From contig CBFGTS010000010.1 of the NCBI GenBank assembly GCA_965652295.1, positions 32,001-96,000 on the forward strand: a stretch of 64,000 nt of DNA, in the 5' to 3' direction. A model generated the notes under the pieces. The model searched no databases. It was not told the DNA's origin and was given only the letters and a program-made list of their open reading frames with translations. The translations under genes and the position numbers were made by a program. Source of the stretch: an uncultured Haloferula sp. (GTDB lineage Bacteria > Verrucomicrobiota > Verrucomicrobiia > Verrucomicrobiales > Akkermansiaceae). The first letter of the stretch is position 1. Each line of letters begins with the position of its first letter. Shown one piece after another: positions 38,474 through 53,684 of this stretch.

Positions 38474-39259
38474 TCAGCCGCGGTCGTAGTGCGAAAACCG
38501 ATCCCGCCGCTGGTCCTGTTTTTCCGAAACCCGGCGGAAGGGAGTGTCCGGCTCCGTCTTCATCCCGAGCCGGGCAATGACACCCGCCACCAGCCCGGCG
38601 ATGAAACCGCCGATGTGGGCGGCGTAGGCCACACCGCCGGTTTGTTCCGAGGCCATGATCTGTCCGCCGCCGTTGATGAATTGCAGCGCGATCCACAGAC
38701 CGAGCACCAGGACCGCCGGTAGCGAAACCATGCGGAAGAAGATGATGCAATGGACGCGGTTGGTCGGGAAAAGCACCATGTAGGCACCGAGGATTCCGGA
38801 GATCGCGCCCGAAGCTCCGAGGGTGGGAATGATGCTGTCGGGATCCACCGCGATCTGGGCGGCACTCGCTGCGAGGCCGCTGATCAGGTAGAACAACAGG
38901 AACCGGACCGCCCCGAAGCGGTGCTCCACGTTGTCGCCGAAGATCCAGAGGTAGAGCATGTTGCCCCCGAGGTGCGCCCAGCCTCCGTGCATGAACATCG
39001 CACTGAACAGGGTGAGATGGACCGGCACGGGTCCGGGCTCGTGCCGGATCGATATCTGCTGCCCGCCGAGTGTCGCGGTGACATCGCCCACCAAATCGCT
39101 GCCGCTCGTGATTTCCGCCGGCACCGCGCTGAAACCGTAGGAGAACCCCGGGTTCAGATACTGGTAGATGAAAATCGCCACGTTCGCCAGAAGCACGACG
39201 ATCGTCACCCATGCCGGGCTGACGAGATCACGATCGTTGTCACTGATCGGGAAAAACAT
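38474..39259 (-). CDS. Rhomboid family intramembrane serine protease
   Basis: MFMHGGWAHLGGNMLYLWIFGDNVE, GASG catalytic Ser, AHIGG catalytic His. Confidence 0.92.
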   Translation of the reverse strand: MFFPISDNDRDLVSPAWVTIVVLLANVAIFIYQYLNPGFSYGFSAVPAEITSGSDLVGDVTATLGGQQISIRHEPGPVPVHLTLFSAMFMHGGWAHLGGNMLYLWIFGDNVEHRFGAVRFLLFYLISGLAASAAQIAVDPDSIIPTLGASGAISGILGAYMVLFPTNRVHCIIFFRMVSLPAVLVLGLWIALQFINGGGQIMASEQTGGVAYAAHIGGFIAGLVAGVIARLGMKTEPDTPFRRVSEKQDQRRDRFSHYDRG

Positions 39260-39300
39260 GGCGGAAGCTTACCGGTGGATCGGAGCGCGACGACAACAAA

Positions 39301-39326
39301 CGGCCGGCTCCTTGAGGAGCCGGCCG
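39301..39326 (-). terminator. Intrinsic terminator-like hairpin
   Basis: cggccggctc-cttgag-gagccggccg followed by TTTGTT on the minus strand. Confidence 0.55.
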
Positions 39327-39357
39327 CCGGTTCATCTACCTGCCATGCAAAAGGTGG

Positions 39358-39825
39358 TTAGAAGGGGCTGGTGACGACCATGTAACCTTCCCCGCGCGGA
39401 CGGTAATAGGTATCACCTGCCACGTAGTAGCGCGTGCCCCGATGGGTGACGATGCGGTAACGTTCGGGGAGCCTCTGGACGTAGGCGTTATCCCGGCGGC
39501 GGTCGCTGCGGCGGTCCTGCCAATTGTCGATGCCGTCATGGTCGCGATCGCCATGGGGGCCGCTGTGGCGGTGGGCCCGTTGGGGGTGTTCGACCACCAC
39601 GTAGCGGTTCCCGCGGGGACGGTAGTAGGTGTCGTTGTAGCTGTAGTAGGTGGTCCCGCCGATATCGATGGTGGTGTAGCCGGAAGGCAGGGTATCGATC
39701 ACGTAGCCCGGCTCGTAGGTGGTGGTGGTGACGCTGGCGCTGCCGTAGTAGGGATCGACGCAGCTGCTGAGGGCCAGGGCGGCGCCTGCGGCCGCCAGGC
39801 TGGTGAAGAGAGAGTTCGGTTTCAT
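39358..39825 (-). CDS. Lipoprotein with two Tyr-rich repeats (DUF6515-like)
   Basis: Lipobox LALSS-C; duplicated LP.gY..i...GTxYY...dTYYRPRGxxYxVV module. Confidence 0.7.
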   Translation of the reverse strand: MKPNSLFTSLAAAGAALALSSCVDPYYGSASVTTTTYEPGYVIDTLPSGYTTIDIGGTTYYSYNDTYYRPRGNRYVVVEHPQRAHRHSGPHGDRDHDGIDNWQDRRSDRRRDNAYVQRLPERYRIVTHRGTRYYVAGDTYYRPRGEGYMVVTSPF

Positions 39826-40153
39826 GGGATCAAGAGGTTTGAGTGAGACCGGCTTCGGCCGGGTGGAGGGGTTGGTGTCGCAGGAAGTGGTCCGGAAGCT
39901 CGGATTTTCATGTAAGGTTCTGGAGGATAGTAACTTGCAGAGGGTGTTTCTGCTTCCTCCAGCGGTGGGATTCATGCAAAGCGCAAGCATGACCCGTTGC
40001 TCGGTGCACGTTTGTCGGCCGTCGGCGCGGGCAGTCGCCGGATCGTGCGGGAGGCCTTGCCCGCCCGCCGGAATTTCGGGTGAGACTTCTGCGCGAAAGG
40101 CGTGATTCCGGCGTTGCGGGTCCGGGCCGAGCGCGTCAGCTTCCCGGCCTCCT

Positions 40154-40696
40154 ATGGAACACATTCCGTCTGAAACGCTTCAAAAAGTCATCGCTCTCCG
40201 GGAAGCCAACGGCCTCGAAGCCACGGCAGAGGCTCTTTACGAAGACCTCGCCAAGAGCAAGTGCAAGTGGACCCTCACCGAGACGCCGCGTTACCGTCGC
40301 GCCGGCAAGTCGCCGATCTACATCTCGGGCAAATACCTCACGGCGGTCGGCGTGTGCCCGGCGACCGGCGAGAAGGATGAAGGCCGCAAGGGTGCTGCCG
40401 CCCGGACGCCGCGTGCCGCATCGACCCCGGCTGCCGGGGCGAAGTCGGAGGCCAAGATCGACGAAACCGTGTTTTACAAGGTTCTCCACGGTCGCGGGTT
40501 TCCGGTGAAAATCACCCAGGATCTCCTGACCGGTGAGCTGGAAACGCAGTTGCCGACTTCGATCACGCAGCTGGGCCTGAAGTTCGCGCCGATTCCGCAG
40601 AACGCGTCCGACATCCACATCACCCAGACTTCGCCGCAGGTTCAGGTGGCGATGCCGCTCGACAAGTTCCTGGAGCTGGCGGGGATCAAGGCCTGA
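40154..40696 (+). CDS. Hypothetical protein (two domains, basic Ala/Pro linker)
   Basis: 180 aa ORF with typical codon usage, followed by a strong terminator. Confidence 0.7.
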   Translation: MEHIPSETLQKVIALREANGLEATAEALYEDLAKSKCKWTLTETPRYRRAGKSPIYISGKYLTAVGVCPATGEKDEGRKGAAARTPRAASTPAAGAKSEAKIDETVFYKVLHGRGFPVKITQDLLTGELETQLPTSITQLGLKFAPIPQNASDIHITQTSPQVQVAMPLDKFLELAGIKA

Positions 40697-40722
40697 GAAC
40701 GGCCGGATCAAGGTTTTTAACG

Positions 40723-40754
40723 GCGGTCCGTTCACGCGAACGGACCGCTTTTTT
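40723..40754 (+). terminator. Rho-independent terminator
   Basis: gcggtccgttc-acgc-gaacggaccgc-tttttt. Confidence 0.8.
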
Positions 40755-40780
40755 CAAGGGGAAAGCCGCCGACCTCGCAG

Positions 40781-41704
40781 CTACGGAGTGTAGACGCCCC
40801 GGAAGAACCGCCGGGCTCCGAGAGGCGCGGTGTCGGATGACCAGGTGGATTGGGACGAGGGGTTGAGGCCGGGCACCGGCGTCCAGCCGCCGAGGCCGCC
40901 GCCCGAGGCGGACATCTGGATTTCGTCGAATCCGCCGGGCGGCCACGAGAGCATGATCTGGTTCGACGTGCGGCTGATCGACAGCACGGGCGCCGGGCCG
41001 GGGTCGAGGGGCACGGGCTCGATGGCGGTCGAGACGACGTAGCCCGTGCGATCTTCGTTGCCGACCGTGCCGTCGCCGACGGCCACGGCGACCGTGAAGG
41101 TGATGGAGTCGAAGGACCCGGTGAGCTGGACGGAGCCCGCCGCTTCCTGACCGAACACGGGCCCGATGGGCGGAGCGGGATCACCCGCCGCAGTGGTTTT
41201 GTCCGAGGTCAGGGAGTTTCCTGAAACCGCGAGGTTGCTGGTGCCCGCGATTTTCGTGATGGGCGTCGGAAACGAGAGGGTCGTGCGGTATTCGACGTCG
41301 GTCAGGGAGATCACCGGATCGGTGATGGTGGCGCCGAAGTTGAGGGTGACGGTGGTGGTGGCGCCTTCCGCGGTCTCGATGTTGATGTAGTCGCCGATGA
41401 AATTCGGCTCGAAAACGTCGATCCCCGGCGTGAAGGGAAGGAAAGTGGGAATGTCCTGCCAGAGGAGGGTGTCGCCGCCTCCGGTTTCCGAGTCGATGAT
41501 GGAAGAGGTGCTGGAGCCATCCGCCGGCTGCACGGTGCCGCCGCTCTGGACGAGCGTGACGGGGATGGCGAGATCGGTGGAGGTCGAGTGGTTGCGCCAG
41601 ACTCCGGAAGCGCCCGTGTTTCCGTCGAGGGCGGTGAAGTTGGTGACGTAAAGGTCGCCCCGGGCGAGACCCGAAAGGATCAGGAGGCAGGGGAGGGTTT
41701 TCAT
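40781..41704 (-). CDS. Secreted hypothetical protein with C-terminal motif
   Basis: Signal peptide; beta-rich body; ends PVLSISR...IMLSWP...W...RRFFRGVYTP. Confidence 0.7.
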   Translation of the reverse strand: MKTLPCLLILSGLARGDLYVTNFTALDGNTGASGVWRNHSTSTDLAIPVTLVQSGGTVQPADGSSTSSIIDSETGGGDTLLWQDIPTFLPFTPGIDVFEPNFIGDYINIETAEGATTTVTLNFGATITDPVISLTDVEYRTTLSFPTPITKIAGTSNLAVSGNSLTSDKTTAAGDPAPPIGPVFGQEAAGSVQLTGSFDSITFTVAVAVGDGTVGNEDRTGYVVSTAIEPVPLDPGPAPVLSISRTSNQIMLSWPPGGFDEIQMSASGGGLGGWTPVPGLNPSSQSTWSSDTAPLGARRFFRGVYTP

Positions 41705-41803
41705 GGCGGGGGATCAATGAAACATGCAATACGAAACTAGGACGGCTCCGAGGCTCCCGACAAGATCAAAGGGCCGGCTCAACACGGCTCTTGCGGGCCG
41801 CAC

Positions 41804-42538
41804 CTAGTCCGCCGCCTCCCGCGGCAGCGGTTTGTAGAAGTCCTGCACGCAGTAGATTTGATCGAAGCCATTCTCCGCCCGGGACAGCGCGCAGCCGGTG
41901 CCGAGGTGAGTCGGTCCGGCGGATAGCAGGTTTTCCCGGTGATGCGGAGAGTTCATCCACTGCTTCACCACGTCCGCGGCGAAGCTGATGTAGCTATGCG
42001 GCTGCAACGGTTCTCCTCCGGGGGTATAGGAGTAGACGGTTTCGCCGGCTTGCCGCCGCATGTGGAAGGGCTTCCCGGACTCGTAGTTCAAGCGGAAGCT
42101 GAAGGCGATGTTCTCGGCCGAGAACTGCGGCTGGAGCCCTTGGTTCCGCAGCCGGTAGTAAGGCGTCAGGTTCGTCTCCTGGTTCGGCGTGCCGTGGGAA
42201 AGGAAATCGCCGCTGGCCATTCTCTCGGCATGCTGCTGCGCGGCGGTGGCCACGGCGGATTGGTGGGTCAGCGAGGGCAGATCATGCTCCGCTCGCACCG
42301 CGTTGGTCCGGTGGAAGATTGCCGCCGCCAGGAGCCCTGCGTCGAAGGTGTCGGCCTCGATCGGTTGCCGGGCCGCGTCGAGCTCGGCGAACTCGTCGGG
42401 CGTGACCTCGCCGTAGAAATTCCGGGCATCGCCGGCATCCGTATCCGGCGTCGTGTCCTGAGAGGCGGCGGGGGTGGCTGCGGCAAGCAGACCGGAGGCG
42501 AGGAGAGGCGGAACGAGGGATCGGGAAATGGATTTCAT
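41804..42538 (-). CDS. Secreted CAP (SCP) domain protein
   Basis: TNAVRAEHDL, AQQHAERM, FLSH, AENI, WMNSPHHRENLL, VQDF. Confidence 0.85.
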   Translation of the reverse strand: MKSISRSLVPPLLASGLLAAATPAASQDTTPDTDAGDARNFYGEVTPDEFAELDAARQPIEADTFDAGLLAAAIFHRTNAVRAEHDLPSLTHQSAVATAAQQHAERMASGDFLSHGTPNQETNLTPYYRLRNQGLQPQFSAENIAFSFRLNYESGKPFHMRRQAGETVYSYTPGGEPLQPHSYISFAADVVKQWMNSPHHRENLLSAGPTHLGTGCALSRAENGFDQIYCVQDFYKPLPREAAD

Positions 42539-42622
42539 CCCGGAACCTACTCGTCCAGGCGGGAGCCGCCACGGGAGTTTGGCCGCGGCGGGACGGTTGG
42601 CTTGGGAGACGATGGTCTCTGG

Positions 42623-42645
42623 GCGGGTTGGGAAACCCGCTCTCC
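42623..42645 (-). repeat. REP-like palindrome GGAG-A-GCGGGTT-TCCC-AACCCGC
   Basis: Begins at the first base after the acnA TAA; relatives at 63086 and 63207. Confidence 0.75.
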
Positions 42646-45555
<2,910 letters not shown>

Positions 45556-45597
45556 GGGGCCAGTTTATAACAGAAATGGTGGGGCGTCGAATTTGGG

Positions 45598-45621
45598 GAA
45601 GGAGTTTCAAACTCCTTCTCC
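45598..45621 (-). repeat. REP at RAYT 3' end (GGAG-AAGGAGTTT-G-AAACTCCTTC)
   Basis: Palindrome overlapping and supplying the RAYT stop codon; near-identical copy at 46254-46277. Confidence 0.8.
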
Positions 45622-46215
45622 GTATTGCCACAGCTTGAAAGTATTTGGACGAAGTTTGGCGGGGTTTCTCGCGATGTAGCGGCGGACCCATGCGAAGTGC
45701 TTGTAGGAGCGGACGAGGCGGTCCCAGGATTCGTGCTGCCAGAGTTGACCGCTTCGACCGAGGGCGGTGTTGATCTGGCGGGCGGTGAAGCGTTTCCAGG
45801 TGTGGAGGATGTCTTCTGCCAGACGGTCGCCGAGCGGGTGGAAGAGGACGTGAACGTGGTTCGGCATCACGACGTAGGAGTCGAGCCGGTAGCGGTCGCC
45901 GTCGAAGTGGTGGAAGGCTTCTGCGACGATGCTGGCGATGCTTGGATTCCGGAGGACGCAACTGCCGTGGGCGTCGTCGAGCAAGGCTTCAAAGCGGAGG
46001 GTGAAGAGGCGGTTGTGCTCTTTGCCGGTGGCGTCGTCCCAGGGTTTGGGGTGGAGTTCTTCCCAGCGTTGTTTTTCGAGGATGAGGCGTTGGACGACGG
46101 ATGCGGGAAGGGAATCGGCGAGCCGCCAGGTGACGAAAAGCCACGCCTCACCTTGTTGCCAGTGAGGGAGGTTGCCGCAGTGTTTCTCGATGGCCTTGTC
46201 GGGATCGAGAAACAT
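45607..46215 (-). mobile_element. REP-associated tyrosine transposase (RAYT, IS200/IS605 Y1 family)
   Basis: NLPHWQQ, FVTWRLADSLP, YVVMPNHVHVL (HUH), WQHESWDRLVR, YIARNP (catalytic Tyr); flanked by REPs. Confidence 0.9.
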
Positions 46216-46277
46216 GGAGTTTGGAGGACTTTTTAAGTCCTCTTTTTTGAGATGAAGGAGTTGAAAACTCCTTCTCC
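46216..46277. repeat. Inverted REP pair between acnB and RAYT
   Basis: gaggactt-ttt-aagtcctc (46224-46242) and gaaggagttgaaaactccttctcc (46254-46277); the latter abuts the acnB TAA. Confidence 0.75.
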
Positions 46278-49049
<2,772 letters not shown>

Positions 49050-49321
49050 GTCTGCTGAAGGGCGTTGGTTTTAAGAAAGATGCTGGGGCCGGAAGGGCTT
49101 GGATTTCAGAGGGCTCCGGCGTGCTGACCGGACGGGCGCGGAGATTACCGGGGGGGTGGGGGATGTCAAAGAATGTTGGCTGTCAGGGGAGAAGGGGCCC
49201 GGGGGATCTAGCAGGAGCCGCGCCGGGGCGGTTTTTTTGGCGGGTGCTGACGCGTTTGGCCCGCTTCGTGACGAGCCAACCCGGCTCTTGCCGGGCGGCG
49301 AGGGGGCGGTAGGCTCGGAGA

Positions 49322-49702
49322 ATGCGTTGCACGTTGATGATCGCGGGAATGGTCGCCGCTTTCGGGCTTTCCGGCTGTGCCGGGGGACCGGCGGGAGCTG
49401 CGTCCGGGGAGATGGGGGACATCGCCACCGATGACGGCTCGGTGGGTGGAATCTCCGAAGTCCCGAACCCGAGCGCGGAAATGGCAAAGGCGAGCGGAAC
49501 GCCCTTGGAAACGCTCCAGCAGGGGCACGTGATCTACATGCTCAAATGCGGCGAGTGCCATGCCTACCAACTGCCGAAGGACCTCTTCGTGGACGAATGG
49601 GAGGATGCGATGCCGAAGATGATCACGCACGCCGGGCTTTCTTCGGAGGACGAAAAGGCAGTGCTGGCGTATGTGCTGGCCGTGAAAGGAGACGATGAGT
49701 GA
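49322..49702 (+). CDS. Lipoprotein c-type cytochrome
   Basis: Lipobox GLSG-C, heme motif CGECH, distal Met (MPKM). Confidence 0.8.
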   Translation: MRCTLMIAGMVAAFGLSGCAGGPAGAASGEMGDIATDDGSVGGISEVPNPSAEMAKASGTPLETLQQGHVIYMLKCGECHAYQLPKDLFVDEWEDAMPKMITHAGLSSEDEKAVLAYVLAVKGDDE

Positions 49703-51488
49703 GCTGATTGTCGGCATCGACCTCGGCACGACGAACTCGGCCATTGGCGTGGTCGAGAGCGGCTTTCCCATCCTGCTGGCGAACGAGGACGGGCGGCGGA
49801 TCATTCCCAGCGCGGTGGCGTATGGAGCGGGGAGCGGGGAGCGGGGAGCGCGGAGTGAAGAAGTCTTGGTAGGCGCGAAGGCGCTGCGTCTGCGCTCAAT
49901 GCGGCCGGTGGTGACGAGCGTGAAGCGGTTGATGGGCCGGCGGATCGGCGAGGTGGAGGATTTCCCGCTGCCGGTGGCGGACGATGGAAACGGTCGTCCT
50001 CAGGTCGAGGGAAGATCGCCGGAGGAGATCAGCGCGGAGATCCTGCGCGAGCTGAAACGGATCGCCGAATGGCGGCTCGGAACGGTGGTGGAAAAGGCGG
50101 TGATCACCGTGCCGGCGTATTTCAACGACGCACAGCGAAACGCGACGAAGAAGGCGGGCGAGCTGGCTGGACTGGAGGTGGTGAGGATCGTCAATGAGCC
50201 GACCGCTGCGGCGCTGGCCTACGGGCTGGACAAGCTGGGCGAGAAGTCGCGGGTGGCGGTGTACGATTTTGGCGGCGGCACTTTCGATTTGTCCGTGCTG
50301 GAGATGCAGGACGGGGTGTTCCAGGTACTTTCGACGCGCGGCGACACGCGCCTCGGCGGCGATGATCTGGATGCGGCGCTGGTGGCGTGGTGCGCGGAGC
50401 AGGCGGGCGTGGAGAAGCCCGACGTGCGCTGGACCGAGGAGGCCGAACGGGTGAAGCGGGCGCTTTCCGACAAGCAGACGGAGACCTTCCGCCTGCCGTT
50501 CTACGAGGGATCTCGTAGTATTGAGGTCGGGGTCACGCGCGGCGACCTCGACGCGCTTGCGAAACCGCTGATCGACCGCACGCTGGCCTGCTGCCGGCAG
50601 GCATTGGCGGATGCGCGGGTGGAGCCGGCCGATCTGGATGCGGTGCTGCTGGTCGGCGGCTCGACGCGGATGCCGGCGGTGCGGGAGGCGGTGAAGGGCT
50701 GGTTCGGCCGCGAGCCGGACCTCTCGCAGCATCCGGACGAGGCGGTGGCACTGGGGGCGACGATCCAGGCGGGGGTGCTGAGCGGTGCCATGAAAAAAAT
50801 GGTGCTGTTGGATGTCACGCCGCTGAGCCTCGGGATCGAAACCTTCGGCGGGCTGATGAATGTCCTGATTTCCCGCAACACGACCATCCCCTGCAAGGCG
50901 GGCGAAATGTTCACCAACGCGGCGGCGGGCCAGCGGTCGATGCGGATCCGCGTGCTGCAGGGCGAGCGGGAGATGGCGCGCGACAACTGGCAGCTGGGCG
51001 AATTCGAGGTCGGGTTCGAACCGGCGGAAAAAGGCCGGGCGCGGGTCGGCGTGCAGTTCCGGATCGATGAAAACGGCATCCTCGAGGTGCTCGCGCGGGA
51101 CACCGCCACGGGCAAGGACACCGTGTTGGAGATCCGCAGCGCGGCGGTGGATGTGGAGGATGAGCGGGTCGAGAAAATGGTGAGTGAATCGGTCGAATAC
51201 GCCTTCGACGACATGGCGGAGCGGGTGTTCACCGAGGCGAAGCTCAAGGCGGAGGAACTGCTGCCGGCGGTGGAACAGGTGCTTTCGCAGGGGGGCGATC
51301 TGGTTTCTCCGGAAGAAGAGGCGGAAATCCGGGCGGCGGCGTCGAAAGTGCGTGCGGCGATGAAGTCCGGCGAACCGAATCCGTTGAAGGCGGCGGTGCA
51401 GGTGCTGGACAAGGCGACCGAGGCGGTGGCGGCCCGGGTGGTGGAGAAGGCGATGGAAGAAGCGCTTTCGCGGAGATTGGGCGGGTAG
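49695..51488 (+). CDS. Hsp70-family chaperone (HscA/DnaK paralog)
   Basis: [58 protein letters not shown]. Confidence 0.92.
   Translation: MSELIVGIDLGTTNSAIGVVESGFPILLANEDGRRIIPSAVAYGAGSGERGARSEEVLVGAKALRLRSMRPVVTSVKRLMGRRIGEVEDFPLPVADDGNGRPQVEGRSPEEISAEILRELKRIAEWRLGTVVEKAVITVPAYFNDAQRNATKKAGELAGLEVVRIVNEPTAAALAYGLDKLGEKSRVAVYDFGGGTFDLSVLEMQDGVFQVLSTRGDTRLGGDDLDAALVAWCAEQAGVEKPDVRWTEEAERVKRALSDKQTETFRLPFYEGSRSIEVGVTRGDLDALAKPLIDRTLACCRQALADARVEPADLDAVLLVGGSTRMPAVREAVKGWFGREPDLSQHPDEAVALGATIQAGVLSGAMKKMVLLDVTPLSLGIETFGGLMNVLISRNTTIPCKAGEMFTNAAAGQRSMRIRVLQGEREMARDNWQLGEFEVGFEPAEKGRARVGVQFRIDENGILEVLARDTATGKDTVLEIRSAAVDVEDERVEKMVSESVEYAFDDMAERVFTEAKLKAEELLPAVEQVLSQGGDLVSPEEEAEIRAAASKVRAAMKSGEPNPLKAAVQVLDKATEAVAARVVEKAMEEALSRRLGG
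49824..49858 (+). repeat. In-frame heptamer tandem repeat (GGAGCGG x5) in Hsp70
   Basis: ggagcgg ggagcgg ggagcgg ggagcgc ggagtga, encoding [12 protein letters not shown]. Confidence 0.75.
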
Positions 51489-51524
51489 TTCGCATTGACC
51501 GGGCCGGTTCGGCCGCGTTGGATC

Positions 51525-52625
51525 ATGACCGGGAAGCCGATGACGGAAGAAGCCGAAGGATGGAAGCACTGCGGGCGTTGCGGGCACCTGTTTCAGGGAC
51601 TGCAGGGCGGACGCTGCCCGGAATGCGAGGGCAATCCGGTCGTCAGCGAAGCGGAGATGGCCTACATCACCGCCCAATCCACGCCCGTGGGAGGTGGGGC
51701 CGACCCCTCCACTCCGGGAGCGGCAGGCCGGCCGGTCAAGAAGCGCGGCAGCCTGCTGAAGTTCACGATCGCCTGGATGTTCCTCCTGATGGCCATCGCC
51801 GGGATCATCGCACTGGCGAGGTCTCTCGGCCCTGAGAAAGAGGAAACGGCCACCTTCGACATCGGAGAGGCGACGGACACGTATCAGGCGCTGAACGATG
51901 CGTATTCAAAGTGCTATCCGGTGCTTCGCACCTACTATTCCAGCGTGGCTCCGGAGGTGCGGGCCCCGCTCACGTTGCACCCCAGCCGGACGCTCGGACG
52001 CATGAGCCGCTGGCCGGAGGAACTTGTTCTGGCGGGCCGGAACACCCTGATCCGCAACCGCAGTTTCACGGTTTTCGAAACCTCGGAGGGACCTTCGGTG
52101 GCCAGCGTGTGGCAGCTGGAGAACGGCGACCGGATCGAGGCGGTTTTCCGGAAGAACGCGGACGACGAGTGGGCGATCGACTGGGAACAAATGGTGCGCT
52201 ACTCGTCGGAAGTCTGGCCGGTTTTCATGAGCGGGCTGGGAGAACCCACCGGGGAATTTCGCCTGCTGGCGCGGCGGCGGGCAAACTCCAGCCTCGGGGT
52301 GGGCGACGTCTCGCGGATTATTTTTCATCCGCCCTCGACCCGCAGCGCGGCCGAATACGGGGCGGGCTCGCCGGAGGTGAAGGTGGACCCGGCCTCGGAG
52401 GACGGGATCAAGCTGGCGGAGGCCTTCGAGCTGCGCGATGCCGGTGGCTCTGCCTTTTCCGCGGCCCTCTCCAATGACGACCCGATGGGGATGATCCGGG
52501 TGCGGGTGAAACTGCGCCTCGGGCCGAAGGACGAGCACGGTAGACTCACGCTGGTGCTCGATGAGGTGGTGGCCTGCCACTGGATGGACATCGACGACCG
52601 CGCGCGCCCGGATTCAGGCCGGTAG
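51525..52625 (+). CDS. Membrane protein with N-terminal zinc ribbon
   Basis: CGRCG...CPEC, then one TM segment and a periplasmic domain. Confidence 0.7.
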   Translation: MTGKPMTEEAEGWKHCGRCGHLFQGLQGGRCPECEGNPVVSEAEMAYITAQSTPVGGGADPSTPGAAGRPVKKRGSLLKFTIAWMFLLMAIAGIIALARSLGPEKEETATFDIGEATDTYQALNDAYSKCYPVLRTYYSSVAPEVRAPLTLHPSRTLGRMSRWPEELVLAGRNTLIRNRSFTVFETSEGPSVASVWQLENGDRIEAVFRKNADDEWAIDWEQMVRYSSEVWPVFMSGLGEPTGEFRLLARRRANSSLGVGDVSRIIFHPPSTRSAAEYGAGSPEVKVDPASEDGIKLAEAFELRDAGGSAFSAALSNDDPMGMIRVRVKLRLGPKDEHGRLTLVLDEVVACHWMDIDDRARPDSGR

Positions 52626-52629
52626 GGTG

Positions 52630-53493
52630 CTAAAGCCCCAGCCCGCGGCGCATGGCGGCGTCGGGATCGGTGCCGGGAAACCAGTAGCGGAAGGCGGCGA
52701 TGCCTTGGTGGAGAAGCATCAGGTTTCCCTGGGCATGGCGCGCTCCGGCGGCTTCGGCGGCGCGGATCAGGGCGGTGGGCTTGTAAATGGTGTCGAAGAC
52801 GAAATGGTTCGCGTGCAGGCAGCCGGGTGGCAGCGGCGAGGGGTCGGTTTCCTTGAGCCCGAGCGAGGTGGTGTTGACGATGAGCGTGCAGCCGGCAGCC
52901 AGCGCGGGCAGCACGGGGTCATCGATGCCGAGTGACGCGAGATCGAGCCGTGGATGGTGGGAGCGGAGGGTTTTGGCCAGCTCCTCGATTTTCGACACGG
53001 TGCGGTTGGCGAGAATCAGGCGGGCAACGCCGGCGCGGGCGCAGTGCGCGGTGATCGCTCCGCCCGCGCCGCCGCCGGCCCCGACGACCAGCACGGACAA
53101 GCCCTTGAGCCGGAGTCCGAGGGTTTCCGTCACGGCGTGTTCGAAGCCGTAGCCATCGGTATTGGTCCCGCGGGTGGCATCGGGATCGAAGCGGACCGTG
53201 TTGACCGCGCCGAGATCGCGGGCGGTGTCGTCGATTTCATCGCAGGCCTCCAGCGCGTCAAACTTGTGCGGGACGGTGACGTTGCAGCCGATGAAACCGA
53301 GCTCGCGCATGCGGGCGAAGGCCTCCTTGACCTGGCCGGGCTCCACTTCCAAGGGGATGTAACGGGCGTCAATGCCGGCTTCATCGAGCGCCGGCTGGTG
53401 CATCCGCGGGGAAAGTGAATGCCCGATCGGCTGGCCGATCACGGCGAGTTTCGCACCGCGGGCTTCGTGGAGGTTGGAGAGGGTGAAGGGCAC
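52630..53493 (-). CDS. aroE: Shikimate dehydrogenase
   Basis: GQPIGHSLSPRMH, NVTVPHK, GAVNT, NTDGYG, GAGGGAG, NRT, MLLHQG. Confidence 0.93.
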   Translation of the reverse strand: MPFTLSNLHEARGAKLAVIGQPIGHSLSPRMHQPALDEAGIDARYIPLEVEPGQVKEAFARMRELGFIGCNVTVPHKFDALEACDEIDDTARDLGAVNTVRFDPDATRGTNTDGYGFEHAVTETLGLRLKGLSVLVVGAGGGAGGAITAHCARAGVARLILANRTVSKIEELAKTLRSHHPRLDLASLGIDDPVLPALAAGCTLIVNTTSLGLKETDPSPLPPGCLHANHFVFDTIYKPTALIRAAEAAGARHAQGNLMLLHQGIAAFRYWFPGTDPDAAMRRGLGL

Positions 53494-53496
53494 GGG

Positions 53497-53531
53497 GTGA
53501 GTGGAAAGTGGAAAGGTAAAAGTAAAAAGTG
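53497..53531. repeat. Degenerate heptamer tandem repeat upstream of aroE
   Basis: gtgagtg gaaagtg gaaaggt aaaagta aaaagtg. Confidence 0.65.
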
Positions 53532-53550
53532 AGGAGATGGCTGTCGGGCA

Positions 53551-53684
53551 GGAGCGCCGATTATGAAATCGGCAACGGCTGGGCTACGGGCTTGGCAATG
53601 GCTGGGCTAGAGGCCGGCTGGGCTGTTTATCGAGGAGGAGAGTTATTGATGAGCAGGCGTTGCCGATTTCATAATCGGCGCTCC
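53551..53684. repeat. REPIN-like inverted REP doublet
   Basis: GGAGCGCCGATTATGAAATCGGCAACG at 53551-53577 and its exact reverse complement at 53658-53684. Confidence 0.85.
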
